A program made the position numbers and the translations under genes. Below the pieces are notes generated by a model that was given only the letters and a program-made list of their open reading frames with translations, ran no database searches and was not told the DNA's origin. DNA of 64,000 nt from Patescibacteria group bacterium (GTDB lineage Bacteria > Patescibacteriota > Microgenomatia > UBA8517), in NCBI GenBank assembly GCA_035260845.1, contig DATFUL010000001.1, positions 4,245-68,244 of the forward strand. Direction: 5' to 3'. Below are positions 50,590 to 61,379 of the stretch, piece after piece (position 1 is the stretch's first letter; each line of letters begins with the position of its first letter).

Positions 50590-52299
50590 CTAGGAAGATT
50601 TTTGTAAACCAAACATAGACTCAAGTTCTTTTATTGTGGTTGCCTCTTTGGGAGATTTGTCATCACGGAAATTGACAAGGCGTGGAAACCTGAGAGCTAG
50701 GCCTGCAGTATGTTTTGGACTTTTGGTGATTTCGTCGGCGGCAAGTTCAACCACCAGACTTGGGGTCACCCAAAAATCAGGAGTTAAATCTTTATGAACA
50801 TCATATTCTTTGGGTTTATTTTTTGTTGACAATCTTTTAAGACGCGAGTTTAATTCTTTAAACTGCGCATCAGTCAAACCCGTTCCCACTTTAGTAACTG
50901 ACTTGATTGTATCTCCATCTTTAACACCTACTAAAAATTGCCCAATTCCAAAACCGCTTCTTTTCCCCTTCCCTTGGGTATAACCCATTACAATACAGTC
51001 AACGGTATCCGAAAGCCTGCCTGATTGACCTTCTTCTTCCTTCATTTTTACCCAATTCCAGCCAGTGCGTCCTGATACATAAAACCCATTCGCCTTTTTG
51101 ACAACAACCCCCTCAAGACCCATTTTTAGATACTTTTCGTGGAGTTTTTTAATTACTTCTGCATCTTTTGTAATTGTGTTTTCATCAATCCTAAGAAGAT
51201 GGCTGTTTATAACCACTTTTTGAAGTTCTTTTCTTCTTTCAAGATAGGGGGTATTTATTAAACTTTTTCCGTTAAGAAGTACCATATCAAAAACCTGAAA
51301 CTGAAGAGGGATTTCAGACACATTTTTTTCGATATCGTGTTTTCGTCTCCTTTGAATGGTTTTTTGAAAATCCAAAAACATTTCCCTTTTGGCATCAATT
51401 CCAACAGCCTCAGTATCCAAGATTACCTCATCTGCCTTTATATATTCACCAACTCCCAAAAGTTCCGGGAAAGTATTTATATCAATTGCATTCATATTTC
51501 TGGTAAAAATTCGCACAAAGTTGTCATGCTTTCTATAGTGGATAAAAATCCTAAGACCATCATATTTAGGTTCAACTGATACCTCTCCCATTTTTTTAAT
51601 CATTTCAGTTGTAGAATTAAGCCTTTGAGCTAGCATTGGGACAACAGGAACACCAATTGTGGGCGTTGCCTTTTTTAGATTTCCCTCTTTGACGAGCCGT
51701 GCAATATAACCAATATCAGGCCTAATGTTGTAGGCTTCTTCAATTTCTTCGCTTGAAAGTTTACCCTGAGCTTGTCGAAGGGCATCGATCACTGTTTTTT
51801 CAGAAAAACCCAAACGGAGTTTACCAATTGGAATTCTTGTAACAAATCTTGCAGAGAGTGGATCAAGTTGTTTTAGAAGATTAGACATACTTGTTACTTT
51901 TCTGTCCTGACTCCCCTCGCCATTATCTTTAGCAATTAAAACTAATTTATCGTAAACATCACTAACAGATAGATCGCCCGTACTTTTTTTTGCGAGTTCC
52001 TGGGCAACATTTCCCAGGTCTCCCTTTTCTTTATAAAGTTTAGTTACCCCGGAAGCATCTTTACCATAGGCGAGTGCCAAAACCCTAATCATCATTTTTT
52101 CAGCAATATTAATAATTATGCTTTCATAGTTTGGGGCTAGGGTACCAAGAGATAGGTAAACCACTTTATCGATCTCAGAGGCATTACTTTTTTCAAAAAG
52201 TTCGGAAAGGATTCTTGTAATCTCAAGACGAGAAGAAGTCTTTTCTAATTTTTCGAGGTAACCCGCAAGTTCGCTAAATTGCATAACCGAATTATACAC
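50590..52299 (-). CDS. ATP-dependent DNA ligase
   Basis: Motif I VEPKYDGLR (KxDG). Adenylation and OB domains of appropriate length (569 aa). Confidence 0.8.
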   Translation of the reverse strand: MYNSVMQFSELAGYLEKLEKTSSRLEITRILSELFEKSNASEIDKVVYLSLGTLAPNYESIIINIAEKMMIRVLALAYGKDASGVTKLYKEKGDLGNVAQELAKKSTGDLSVSDVYDKLVLIAKDNGEGSQDRKVTSMSNLLKQLDPLSARFVTRIPIGKLRLGFSEKTVIDALRQAQGKLSSEEIEEAYNIRPDIGYIARLVKEGNLKKATPTIGVPVVPMLAQRLNSTTEMIKKMGEVSVEPKYDGLRIFIHYRKHDNFVRIFTRNMNAIDINTFPELLGVGEYIKADEVILDTEAVGIDAKREMFLDFQKTIQRRRKHDIEKNVSEIPLQFQVFDMVLLNGKSLINTPYLERRKELQKVVINSHLLRIDENTITKDAEVIKKLHEKYLKMGLEGVVVKKANGFYVSGRTGWNWVKMKEEEGQSGRLSDTVDCIVMGYTQGKGKRSGFGIGQFLVGVKDGDTIKSVTKVGTGLTDAQFKELNSRLKRLSTKNKPKEYDVHKDLTPDFWVTPSLVVELAADEITKSPKHTAGLALRFPRLVNFRDDKSPKEATTIKELESMFGLQKSS

Positions 52300-52497
52300 C
52301 GTGATGGGTGGCTAAATAGCTTGAGAAGAATAAGTAAGCAAAAATAACAACAGCTAAAAACATAAATCCAAAAACTATAGATATTATTCCTCCATCTTCC
52401 TCATGAATAACTTTATTTATTCCCTCCCCAAGTAAGGTTAACCCGAACAAACTGGGTAGTACCAGAATCATATATAAAAATTGTGGATCAGTTGGTG

Positions 52498-53562
52498 TCA
52501 TTTGTTTGCAACTACATATTTACTTGCCTTTGTTGTCCCGGTTTTCTTTAAAATTCCTTTCCCGAGCAAATCTTTGAGCTCGCGAAGAATAGTATCCTCC
52601 GAAACCATAGGTAGTACCTTTTTAAGTTCGCTCATTCCTCCACTCCCCTGGTCAGAAATAAATTCAATCAAACGCATTTGGCGTTCACCGAGGGCAATTT
52701 GTTCTCCAAATTTGACCTTAAGTCGGGTGTCAACTGAAAGTTTTCTAACTTTATCTTTAATTTTTGTGAGCTCCACCGCCACAACATGAGTAAAATATTC
52801 AAGCCAGGGAGTAATATCGCGTGAGCCGATGTTTGGAGACTGTCTATCTACTTGAGCAATTGCCTCATAATAGTCACCGGGGTCAGTGTCAAAATGTTCT
52901 TCAAGTGAGAAGAATTTTTTAACATTGTAACCCTCCTTCATCAAAATCAAGGTTGAAAAAGCACGAACAGTTCTACCATTTCCTTCAACAAATGGATGGA
53001 TTGCAACTAAAATATAGTGTGCGATTCCGGCCCTAATAATAGGGTGAGTCTCACGGGCTTCAGGATTATTAAGCCAGGCAAAAAAATCTTCCAAGAGATA
53101 CGGAACTTCAATATGTGGAGGCGGAGAAAAAATAACTTTACCGGTTCCTTCTTCTTTAATGACAACTTCTGTGGTTCTAAAAACCCCAACTTTATCTGGT
53201 GCAATGATTCTATCCACAGTAAGCCTATGAATATCCCGTAGCATATCTAGGTCATAATCTCCCCGTTTAGCCGAAAGTTCGTCTAATAGTTCCGTAACGT
53301 TTCTGTAATTAATTACTTCCTGAATATCCCGAGCCCTTGCGTAAACTTCTTGTCCTTCTAAGATTTTTTTTGTTTGGTACAAAGTTAAATCATTCCCCTC
53401 TATATGGGTGCCATGATGGATTGTTCTTAAATTAGCGTCACTTTGAAACTGTTTTTCGAATGATGGAACCAGTGGGGCGTTTTCTATCACCTCACGGCTA
53501 GCCTCAATGGAACCAATGTTTTTAAGAACTTTATTAGAAACTAAGAATTTTGGAGAATACAT
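52498..53562 (-). CDS. Fic/DOC-family protein (putative AMPylator) with C-terminal winged-helix domain
   Basis: Fic motif HPFVEGNGRTVR. Confidence 0.8.
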   Translation of the reverse strand: MYSPKFLVSNKVLKNIGSIEASREVIENAPLVPSFEKQFQSDANLRTIHHGTHIEGNDLTLYQTKKILEGQEVYARARDIQEVINYRNVTELLDELSAKRGDYDLDMLRDIHRLTVDRIIAPDKVGVFRTTEVVIKEEGTGKVIFSPPPHIEVPYLLEDFFAWLNNPEARETHPIIRAGIAHYILVAIHPFVEGNGRTVRAFSTLILMKEGYNVKKFFSLEEHFDTDPGDYYEAIAQVDRQSPNIGSRDITPWLEYFTHVVAVELTKIKDKVRKLSVDTRLKVKFGEQIALGERQMRLIEFISDQGSGGMSELKKVLPMVSEDTILRELKDLLGKGILKKTGTTKASKYVVANK

Positions 53563-53613
53563 TCATTTATATTAACGCAACTCCTGCGGTAAATACAGTG
53601 GTATAATGACTTC

Positions 53614-53883
53614 ATGGTAAAGCTTGGACGGCATGTTAAAAAACATTTTAGTGCGCTCCAAAAAGACATATTTAAACAAATGCTAACACTCGCAACTAGT
53701 GGATTTGGGCTCGTTGCCGCACTTGCTTGGAACGAACTTATTAAAGAGATTGTGACTAAATATATTCAACCCGTGGCAGGGGTAAACTCCGGATTAATTT
53801 CCTTACTTGTCTATGCAGTAATCGTTACACTTCTTGCTGTTTTTGTGACCTACAGTTTGACTAAATTAGTGAAGAAAAATTAA
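53614..53883 (+). CDS. Small membrane protein (89 aa)
   Basis: Two TM helices. Confidence 0.35.
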   Translation: MVKLGRHVKKHFSALQKDIFKQMLTLATSGFGLVAALAWNELIKEIVTKYIQPVAGVNSGLISLLVYAVIVTLLAVFVTYSLTKLVKKN

Positions 53884-54109
53884 TCGTCCCGCACAACAAC
53901 ATCAGGTAAATGATTCACACCAGTCGGGTGTTGTGCATTTGGTGGCCTTTCCGTCAAAAGAGGAGTACCGTCTGGAAGTGTTGGTGGAATCTCGTCAGCA
54001 TCATTTTTTCTTGTTTTAGTAACAATTCTTCCGGTAACCTGGTGTTCCTTCCACGGATTTCCATGAACTTTTGTTTTTCTTTCTATTATCTTTCCCTCTT
54101 TGCTCATAA

Positions 54110-55126
54110 TTATAAGTTTATTATACCTCCCGATTTCAACCCTTTCAAAAAATGTTCGTCAGCTGTCGTAATCACAGTTTGCTGTCTTTTAGCAAGTTCT
54201 ACAACAATGTCCCTGTGTTCGTGATCAAGTTCCGAGAATATGTCATCAAGGAGTAGGGTCGGCCGCTCAGAAGTTTTTTCCTCTATAAAATTTAGTTCCG
54301 CCATCTTAAGCCAAAGAACTCCCATTCTCTGCTCCCCACGACTTCCGTAACTTGCCAGATTTCTTTTACCATCAAAAAATATAAAATCATCTCTGTGCGG
54401 ACCAACAAGAGTTGTTGCTGCCGAAACCTCTTCCTGTTTATATTGCTCTAACCTGCCATCGGAAATTACAGATCTATCGTATTCCAAACGATAGTTAGTA
54501 TTAGATGGGGGTTCTTGAGAATTAACAAAATCAATAAATTCCTGCCGTCTAATACTTATGTAATCCCCATTTTTAATTAGAAGTTGATTCCAAAACAAAA
54601 GCTGGGATCTTGGGACACCCTCTTCTCGGATTCTAAATAGAAGTTTATTTCTCTGTCTTAAACCCTTTTCATAGGAGAGAATATTACGTCGGTACTCCCT
54701 ATCAATTTGACAAAGAACATTATCTAAAAATTTACGGCGAATAGATGGCGACTCTGTAACAAGATCCATGTCCTGTGGTGCAAAAAGAACGGTTTTAAAG
54801 TTGCCAGCAAAATCAATTGTCCTTTTGGCAACTCCATTTACTAGTACTCTTTTTTTGGGCCAGCCATTGTCTCCTCTTGTGATTTTGACTTCAAGGCTTG
54901 TACCATCTGTAACTCCTAAAATACTTGCAATATCTTCATCGTATTTTATAATTTCCGCTTCTAATTTTGCTTTAAAACTTTTTGCGGTTGAGAGCAAAAA
55001 AAGTGACTCCAAGATGTTGGTTTTACCTGAGGCATTTGGACCAACAATAGTTGTTATTTTGTCAGAAAATTCCAAAGCTTTAGTTTTAAAATTTCTAAAG
55101 CCTTTTAGTTTTAGATTTTTGATCAT
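54110..55126 (-). CDS. recF: DNA replication/repair protein RecF (short form)
   Basis: Walker A GPNASGKTNILE. SMC-like signature. Walker B LLLDDIFSELD. Confidence 0.8.
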   Translation of the reverse strand: MIKNLKLKGFRNFKTKALEFSDKITTIVGPNASGKTNILESLFLLSTAKSFKAKLEAEIIKYDEDIASILGVTDGTSLEVKITRGDNGWPKKRVLVNGVAKRTIDFAGNFKTVLFAPQDMDLVTESPSIRRKFLDNVLCQIDREYRRNILSYEKGLRQRNKLLFRIREEGVPRSQLLFWNQLLIKNGDYISIRRQEFIDFVNSQEPPSNTNYRLEYDRSVISDGRLEQYKQEEVSAATTLVGPHRDDFIFFDGKRNLASYGSRGEQRMGVLWLKMAELNFIEEKTSERPTLLLDDIFSELDHEHRDIVVELAKRQQTVITTADEHFLKGLKSGGIINL

Positions 55127-55152
55127 TTAATAAGAAGTATAATACAACAACT

Positions 55153-56304
55153 ATGCGTATTTTGTTCGTAACAGCAACATATTTGCCCACCATAAACGGC
55201 ATATCTTTGTCAATTAAGCTTCAAAAGGATGAATTGATTGCCAGAGGTCACAAAGTAACAATAATCGCCCCAAAACACCATGATCAAAGAAAGGAAAGTG
55301 GCGTTATAAGATTACCTTCTTTACCAAATCCAAGATATCCTGATTACCCTATTATTGTTCCCATCCCATATGAGGATTCCCATTTTAAAGTATTGGGTAA
55401 AAAGTTTGATGTTGTATATTTCCACCATCCATTTTATTTAGGCGAAACAGCAATTCTTTTAGCAAAATATTTCAAATGCCCTTCAGTATTTTTTTATCAT
55501 ACTCAATATGACGAATATCCAAAAACAATTTTGCCAAAAGAAATATCTTATAAACCAGTAAGAAAATATATCATTAACCATATAAAAGAGCTTGGCTCGA
55601 AAGTTGACCATATTGTGGTTGAGACACCAACTTTGAAAAATAAATTAAGATTATTTGGCGTCAAAAATGCGATATCGGTTGTAACTTCTGGTCGCCAGTC
55701 AATGAAAATCATGGAAATTTCAAAAACTAAACTGAGAACGATGTACGGCTTACCAATAAACAATACAATTATTCTTTGTGTATCAAGACTTTCCAAAGAA
55801 AAAAATCTGGAAACTCTTATTAAGATAATGAAAGACCTCAAAACTAAGAAAAAGGTCACACTAGTTATTGCCGGAGATGGCCCTGAAAGATCTAATTTTG
55901 AAAAGCTTGTAGCAAAGTTTAATTTGATCAACATAATATTCTTAGGGAATATTGATTACAACAAATTACCGGAAATTTATTCTCTTGCCGATATATTTGC
56001 TTACCCGTCTAAAACAGATACGCAGGCAATAGTTCTTATAGAGGCGATGTCAGCGGGACTACCATTAGTTGGTTTTAATTCACCAGGACCAAAAGATTTT
56101 ATAATTAACAATAAAAACGGCATTCTTTGCGCAAATATTGGAGACTTTAAAAAATCCTTAAATAAATTAATTATTGATTCAAAATTAAGGGAAAAGATGG
56201 GACGGACATCAACTCTATATGCTAAAGACTATTCGTTTTCTGTATCCATGGATAAAATAGAACAAACTTTGGAAAAGGTTATATCTGAATATAGATCTAA
56301 ATGA
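55153..56304 (+). CDS. Glycosyltransferase family 4
   Basis: GT-B fold. EAMSAGLPLVGFN (EX7E-like) motif. Confidence 0.7.
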   Translation: MRILFVTATYLPTINGISLSIKLQKDELIARGHKVTIIAPKHHDQRKESGVIRLPSLPNPRYPDYPIIVPIPYEDSHFKVLGKKFDVVYFHHPFYLGETAILLAKYFKCPSVFFYHTQYDEYPKTILPKEISYKPVRKYIINHIKELGSKVDHIVVETPTLKNKLRLFGVKNAISVVTSGRQSMKIMEISKTKLRTMYGLPINNTIILCVSRLSKEKNLETLIKIMKDLKTKKKVTLVIAGDGPERSNFEKLVAKFNLINIIFLGNIDYNKLPEIYSLADIFAYPSKTDTQAIVLIEAMSAGLPLVGFNSPGPKDFIINNKNGILCANIGDFKKSLNKLIIDSKLREKMGRTSTLYAKDYSFSVSMDKIEQTLEKVISEYRSK

Positions 56305-57365
56305 AAAAATATAATATTCCGGGCTGGCAATCATGGAGTCCGTATAAAACTCCTTTTTTTAAATTTCCATCATATCTTTACTCACCACATGGAGTAGACC
56401 ATTGGTTAATTGAAAAGAAAAATAATCAAAAACAATCCATTAAAGGATGGTGTTCTTGGTATGCGTATGGGGAAAATATCAATGAAGAAAAAATATTACA
56501 AAACGCAATTAAAATAAAGGATTTTTTTTCTAATAGTAATGAAAAATATGTACTTATAGATGACGGCTGGACAAAGTGTGGCGATTGGAAAATTTCTTCC
56601 GCAACAAAACTCCCAAAAGGGATGAAAAATTTATCTCAAAAAATAAAAAATATGGGTTTAAAGCCTGGTTTGTGGATAGCACCTTTCTGGGTAGACCCAA
56701 AGTCGAACTTTGCCAACAAACATCCTGAGTGGATCGTAAAAACAAAAAGGTTTGTAGAAGGCTTCCCCATTCTTCCTTTTTCTATTCCATTTTTTAAATT
56801 CAGATACATTGTGGACATGGAAAACCCAAAAGTTATTTCATATTTAAAAAGTTGTATAAAAGTTATTGTCGAAGATTGGGGTTTCGAACTTATCAAATTA
56901 GATTTCTTAAATTCCATATACTTTAACCCCAAATATAAAAGCCCTGAAGTGCCAGATAAAATTCTTAATGAATTTTTAACATGGATAAGAAAAACATATC
57001 CTAGTGTTTATACAATTGGCTGCGGTTGCCCATTGGGGCCTGCTGCTGGTGCGGTTGATGCAATGAGAATTAGTGCAGACATTGTAAATCCATATTTGCA
57101 AAACATTTGGCCGATAAATATTTTTTTTAACTCCCGAAGATTATCTCTACTTGAAAGAAACTTAAAATATAGAAAACATTTTTCAAAAATATGGCATATA
57201 GACCCTGATGTTTTAGTGTCTTCAAAGTCAAACGGATTTAGTATGAAACAGGTGGATAAACTTTATAAATTAATCACGCGTGCAAAAGGGGTATTTTTTT
57301 TGGGAGACGATTTAACCAAAATCGGCTTTGATGATTGGAATAAGCATAAATTCCAAATGCCATAA
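56301..57365 (+). CDS. Clan GH-D (GH27/GH36-like) glycoside hydrolase, alpha-galactosidase-like
   Basis: GWCSWYAY and VLIDDGW motifs, plus a KLDF segment (candidate nucleophile). Confidence 0.55.
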   Translation: MKKYNIPGWQSWSPYKTPFFKFPSYLYSPHGVDHWLIEKKNNQKQSIKGWCSWYAYGENINEEKILQNAIKIKDFFSNSNEKYVLIDDGWTKCGDWKISSATKLPKGMKNLSQKIKNMGLKPGLWIAPFWVDPKSNFANKHPEWIVKTKRFVEGFPILPFSIPFFKFRYIVDMENPKVISYLKSCIKVIVEDWGFELIKLDFLNSIYFNPKYKSPEVPDKILNEFLTWIRKTYPSVYTIGCGCPLGPAAGAVDAMRISADIVNPYLQNIWPINIFFNSRRLSLLERNLKYRKHFSKIWHIDPDVLVSSKSNGFSMKQVDKLYKLITRAKGVFFLGDDLTKIGFDDWNKHKFQMP

Positions 57366-57401
57366 GAGAGAACTTCCAAATTGAAGTCTGATATATTTTT
57401 A

Positions 57402-58010
57402 CTACTTCTCTAGCTTATTAATGAATCTATCCGACAAATAACTGACTCCAAAATACAAACCGATTAAAATAATTGTTAATACAAAAAGCCCTAAAACAGT
57501 AAAGTTTAAAGCCCTATTAAAATTGCTCACGGTGCTGCCGAAATAATAACCAACTGCAATTAGTATTAATGATTTAGGTAGAGTTCCCCAAAAATTAAAC
57601 CATAAAAATTCACGAACCGGAATCATTGCGGACCCAGATGCAAAGAGAACTAACCCCCCTATTGCATGTGACAACTTCCCAAAAAAAAGAAAAGGCCCTT
57701 TATTCTTCTTAATAGCAGATTCAAGTTTATAAAATAAGTTAAGGTTAATTCTTAAAAACTTAAAAACTCTTTTATAGGTTTTGTTTAGCCACCATCTTCC
57801 TGCCGAGTAGTACAGCATATCCCCAGCCAAATCTCCAACAACAATTGTCATATAGGCAAGAGTAAAATCCATGAATCCTAAGGAAACCAAAAATCCGGCA
57901 ATAATTGTAACAACAGGCCCCTCAACAACAACTAATGGGAAGAGTACAAGATAACTATAACTATATAAAAGTCCGAAAATGTGATTAATTTGGTTTGCTT
58001 GATTTAACAT
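57402..58010 (-). CDS. DedA/VTT-domain membrane protein
   Basis: IVVGDLAGDMLYYSAGRW... motif and multiple TM helices. Confidence 0.55.
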   Translation of the reverse strand: MLNQANQINHIFGLLYSYSYLVLFPLVVVEGPVVTIIAGFLVSLGFMDFTLAYMTIVVGDLAGDMLYYSAGRWWLNKTYKRVFKFLRINLNLFYKLESAIKKNKGPFLFFGKLSHAIGGLVLFASGSAMIPVREFLWFNFWGTLPKSLILIAVGYYFGSTVSNFNRALNFTVLGLFVLTIILIGLYFGVSYLSDRFINKLEK

Positions 58011-58016
58011 ATAAAT

Positions 58017-58916
58017 TTATTTTTGACAGTTCGGACACCAATAAGTTCCACGTCCACCTAAGAAATATTTTTCAAATTTTGCCTTGTGGCATCTGTCGCA
58101 AGGCTCACCTGTATGGCCATATGCTAAGGTGTGATTTTGGTATTCTCCTTCTTTACCATCTGGTGTAACAAAAGCGAGTTCCGATGCTCCCCCATATTTA
58201 AGCCCGGCTTTAAGAACAGTGATTATTGCATCATATAATTCTTTTGCTTGCGCGGAAGTTAACTCATTAGATGGCTTTTTGGGATTAATTCTACTTAGCC
58301 ACAAGGCATCTGTTGCATAAATGTTCCCCACTCCACCCATTTTTTCTTGGTCCATTATTACAATTTTTATTGGCCGTTTAGTTTTACTTAAGATTTGTCT
58401 GAAGTAATCAAGAGTAAGGGCCTGCCCTGCAAAGCCTTTGGCGACGTGGGGTTCCGGACCAAGTTTGACTATAAATTTTTCGTGCTCTACGTCGGTTGTT
58501 TTTTCTATTCTTATCCAGCCAAAACGCCTTACATCGTTGTAATAGAGAACTCCACCACGGTCTAATTTAAAGATAACTAGAGTATGTGGTCCAGGAACTC
58601 CCCCAGTTACTTTACTTGATAATTTCCCTGAATCTTTCAAATTTGGTCCTCTGTAAATAAATTGGCCAGTAAGCTTTACATGTGTAAGAACTGAATAATT
58701 ATTAGAGAGATCGATTACAGAAACTTTACCAAACCTCCTTGTTCCAATTACTTTTGCGCCTATGATTTTATTTTCATCACCAGGAAAAATGTGGCGATTT
58801 CTGACTTCGACTGAAACAATTTTATGTCCAGCCAAAAACTTACCCAACTGCAATTTCATTGTTTCTACTTCCGGTAATTCTGGCATATTAGAAAAAACTA
58901 AAAACTCCCTTTGCAA
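58017..58916 (-). CDS. mutM: Formamidopyrimidine-DNA glycosylase (Fpg/MutM)
   Basis: N-terminal MPELPEVE. H2TH region. C-terminal zinc finger CDRCH...CPNCQ. Confidence 0.85.
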   Translation of the reverse strand: MQREFLVFSNMPELPEVETMKLQLGKFLAGHKIVSVEVRNRHIFPGDENKIIGAKVIGTRRFGKVSVIDLSNNYSVLTHVKLTGQFIYRGPNLKDSGKLSSKVTGGVPGPHTLVIFKLDRGGVLYYNDVRRFGWIRIEKTTDVEHEKFIVKLGPEPHVAKGFAGQALTLDYFRQILSKTKRPIKIVIMDQEKMGGVGNIYATDALWLSRINPKKPSNELTSAQAKELYDAIITVLKAGLKYGGASELAFVTPDGKEGEYQNHTLAYGHTGEPCDRCHKAKFEKYFLGGRGTYWCPNCQK

Positions 58917-59403
58917 ATGCTACCACAAAGATTGTTGAAATTAATGTCGAAATAAAAACAATTAAATATCTGTTTTCAGATTCTAGAAAAAGAAACCTTA
59001 CAGTTAATGCCAAGAATATTGGACCAGCAATGGCACCAACTAAAATACTAGCAGCAAGCCTTCCATACTTGCTAAATTTATCTAAGTATTTTTTCTCTTT
59101 ATCCTTTTCTTCTAATTCAAACTTTCCCATAAAACTAAAAAAATCTTTGTGATTAAATAAATATAAGAAAATAAAACCAAATACTGTTCCAAAGGTTAAC
59201 GCTCCAAAGAAAGATGTATATATGTTCGGATTAAGAAGAAGGTTTACAACTAAGGCGTTTGAGACAATAAAAAAGACAACTAAAAACAATACTGTTTGAA
59301 GATGGACGAGATTCAAAGATGGTTTTGTTTTTAGTTCAGACATTTTTTGCAATAAAATCTGCCATTTCTTTTTTAAATTTTTCTTTGGAAAATTTTTTGG
59401 CAT
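58888..59403 (-). CDS. Small membrane protein (171 aa)
   Basis: Four predicted TM helices. Confidence 0.35.
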   Translation of the reverse strand: MPKNFPKKNLKKKWQILLQKMSELKTKPSLNLVHLQTVLFLVVFFIVSNALVVNLLLNPNIYTSFFGALTFGTVFGFIFLYLFNHKDFFSFMGKFELEEKDKEKKYLDKFSKYGRLAASILVGAIAGPIFLALTVRFLFLESENRYLIVFISTLISTIFVVAFAKGVFSFF

Positions 59404-60430
59404 TAGAAATTAATTTCTCTTTATCCCACGTTGTATTTCTAATTTTCTTTATTGCCTCAGAAAAAGATTTTTCTGTAACCTCGTTTATAAGAACTCCGGT
59501 TACGCGATCGATAACTGTTTCTTTAAACCCTCCGCCATTAAAAGCAATAACAGGCGTTCCTGCAGCTTGGGATTCAACAGCCGTCATTCCAAAATCTTCA
59601 TCTTGGGCTAAGGTAATCAAAGCTTTCGCTTTGGCGTAGGTTTTGTAAAGTTCTACGTCGCCTAGGCGACCCAAAAAATCAATATTATTTTTGTTGTTTC
59701 TTTCGATACTAGAATACCCAGATGATTCACCAACTATTTTTAATTTGAAACCAAGACCTTTAGAAAACTCAATCGCCTTTTCAATTCCTTTCGCTCCTGT
59801 AAGACGAGATGCGATTAAATAAAAATCTTCTTTTTTAACCTCTTTTGTGTCCGTAATTATTTTTTCAACGTCTACAGGCGGGTAAATTACAACAGACTTT
59901 CTTCCATAAAAAGTTTCAATCCGTCCTGCGACATTCTTGGAGTTGGCTATAAAAAAATCAACTTTTTGTGAAGTCTTTAGGTCATACCGGCGTATATAAT
60001 TGCCAACAATTTTGGCATAAAGTTTGACTGGCCAATATTTTATAAATCCAACCGAAGTTTCAAAGCCATAAAGCCATCTTGGTGGAGTGTGGCAATAGTT
60101 AATCACCTTTGTTTTTTGGCCAACCTTAAAACCACGCGTCACATACCAACTAGACGAAGTTATTACTAGGTCATATTTAGATAAATCAAAACTACTCCAA
60201 ATAACAGGAATCAAAAATCTTAGAGGCGAATACAAATTACCAGTTTTAAGGATAGGGCTAAGCCAACTTTCAATTATCTTTTTTCCGGTAAATTCTTTAT
60301 CGGCAGTTGAACCACGAACTCTAAAGGCAGTATAAATTGGCGCTTCCGGAAACATTTCTGTTAGAGTTTTTAGAACTCTTTCTGCCCCTCCAAATTCTTT
60401 TATATAATCATGAACAATTGCAATTTTCAT
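59336..60430 (-). CDS. Glycosyltransferase family 4
   Basis: EDFGMTAVESQAAGTPVIAFNGGG (EX7E) motif. Confidence 0.7.
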   Translation of the reverse strand: MKIAIVHDYIKEFGGAERVLKTLTEMFPEAPIYTAFRVRGSTADKEFTGKKIIESWLSPILKTGNLYSPLRFLIPVIWSSFDLSKYDLVITSSSWYVTRGFKVGQKTKVINYCHTPPRWLYGFETSVGFIKYWPVKLYAKIVGNYIRRYDLKTSQKVDFFIANSKNVAGRIETFYGRKSVVIYPPVDVEKIITDTKEVKKEDFYLIASRLTGAKGIEKAIEFSKGLGFKLKIVGESSGYSSIERNNKNNIDFLGRLGDVELYKTYAKAKALITLAQDEDFGMTAVESQAAGTPVIAFNGGGFKETVIDRVTGVLINEVTEKSFSEAIKKIRNTTWDKEKLISNAKKFSKEKFKKEMADFIAKNV

Positions 60431-60435
60431 ATAAA

Positions 60436-61338
60436 TTAAAATAAATTTCCCTGTTTTTCTTTTTCTATATCTTCCCCTATTTTTTTAATTCTTACAGTCA
60501 AAGTTTTAAATCCAAATTCTTCTTCAAATAAATTTATTACTTTTGAACTTCCAAGATCCCATTTATCCATTTTGTTAAAGTCTATTTCGATCGGAACATC
60601 CCGTACAATTGTCGCTAACATAAAAGACTGCTCAGCCGACTTCTTCCCCGATATTAATTTTTCTTTAACCTTACCGGATATTTCATCTAAATTTTTATAT
60701 ATTTCTTTTAAAGTTTTATATTTTGAAAGTAAGGTTTCAGCAGTTTTAGGCCCAATTCCAGGGACTCCAAAATAATTATCTGATGCGTCACCAGTTAAGG
60801 CTTTAAGGTCGACTATTTGTGTTGCCGGAACTCCCATTCTCTCTATTACATCACTTTCTCCGTAGAGCTTGGCATTAATTAGACCCGCAACAGGCATGTA
60901 GAGTTTAATATCTGACTTATCGTCAACAAGCTGCAATTGGTCTCGGTCACCAGTAACTATCACTACATCCTTTTTAGCTTTTTTAGAAATTGTTCCAATA
61001 ACGTCATCTGCTTCGTAGCCAGCCTTTGAGTAAACCGGAATATTGGCCGCATCTAAAAATTCTCTTACTTTTTCAAATTGTGAGGAAAGTTCTACCATCA
61101 TCTCTGGGCGCTGGGCTTGATAACTTGGTAACTCTTTTTGACGAAACGTTTTTTCTTTACGATCAAAAGCTACGGCGAGGTGTGTGGGCTTAACTTCCTG
61201 AATAACTTTTAAAAGCATGGAAACGAATCCGTGAACTGCATTAATAGGTTCGCCTTTAGTCGTCGTGAGAGGTGGCATGGCATGAAACGCCCGGTGCATA
61301 ACCGCATTCCCATCAATAATAACTAATTTACCTATCAT
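60436..61338 (-). CDS. Stand-alone 5'-3' exonuclease / FEN (Pol I N-terminal domain homolog)
   Basis: MIGKLVIIDGNAVMHRAFHAMP ... metal-binding Asp clusters. H3TH motif (LTGDASDNYFGVPGIGPKTA). Confidence 0.8.
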   Translation of the reverse strand: MIGKLVIIDGNAVMHRAFHAMPPLTTTKGEPINAVHGFVSMLLKVIQEVKPTHLAVAFDRKEKTFRQKELPSYQAQRPEMMVELSSQFEKVREFLDAANIPVYSKAGYEADDVIGTISKKAKKDVVIVTGDRDQLQLVDDKSDIKLYMPVAGLINAKLYGESDVIERMGVPATQIVDLKALTGDASDNYFGVPGIGPKTAETLLSKYKTLKEIYKNLDEISGKVKEKLISGKKSAEQSFMLATIVRDVPIEIDFNKMDKWDLGSSKVINLFEEEFGFKTLTVRIKKIGEDIEKEKQGNLF

Positions 61339-61379
61339 GAAGCTATTTTATCATGAGGCTTAGCAAAAAAGGAGCTTAT

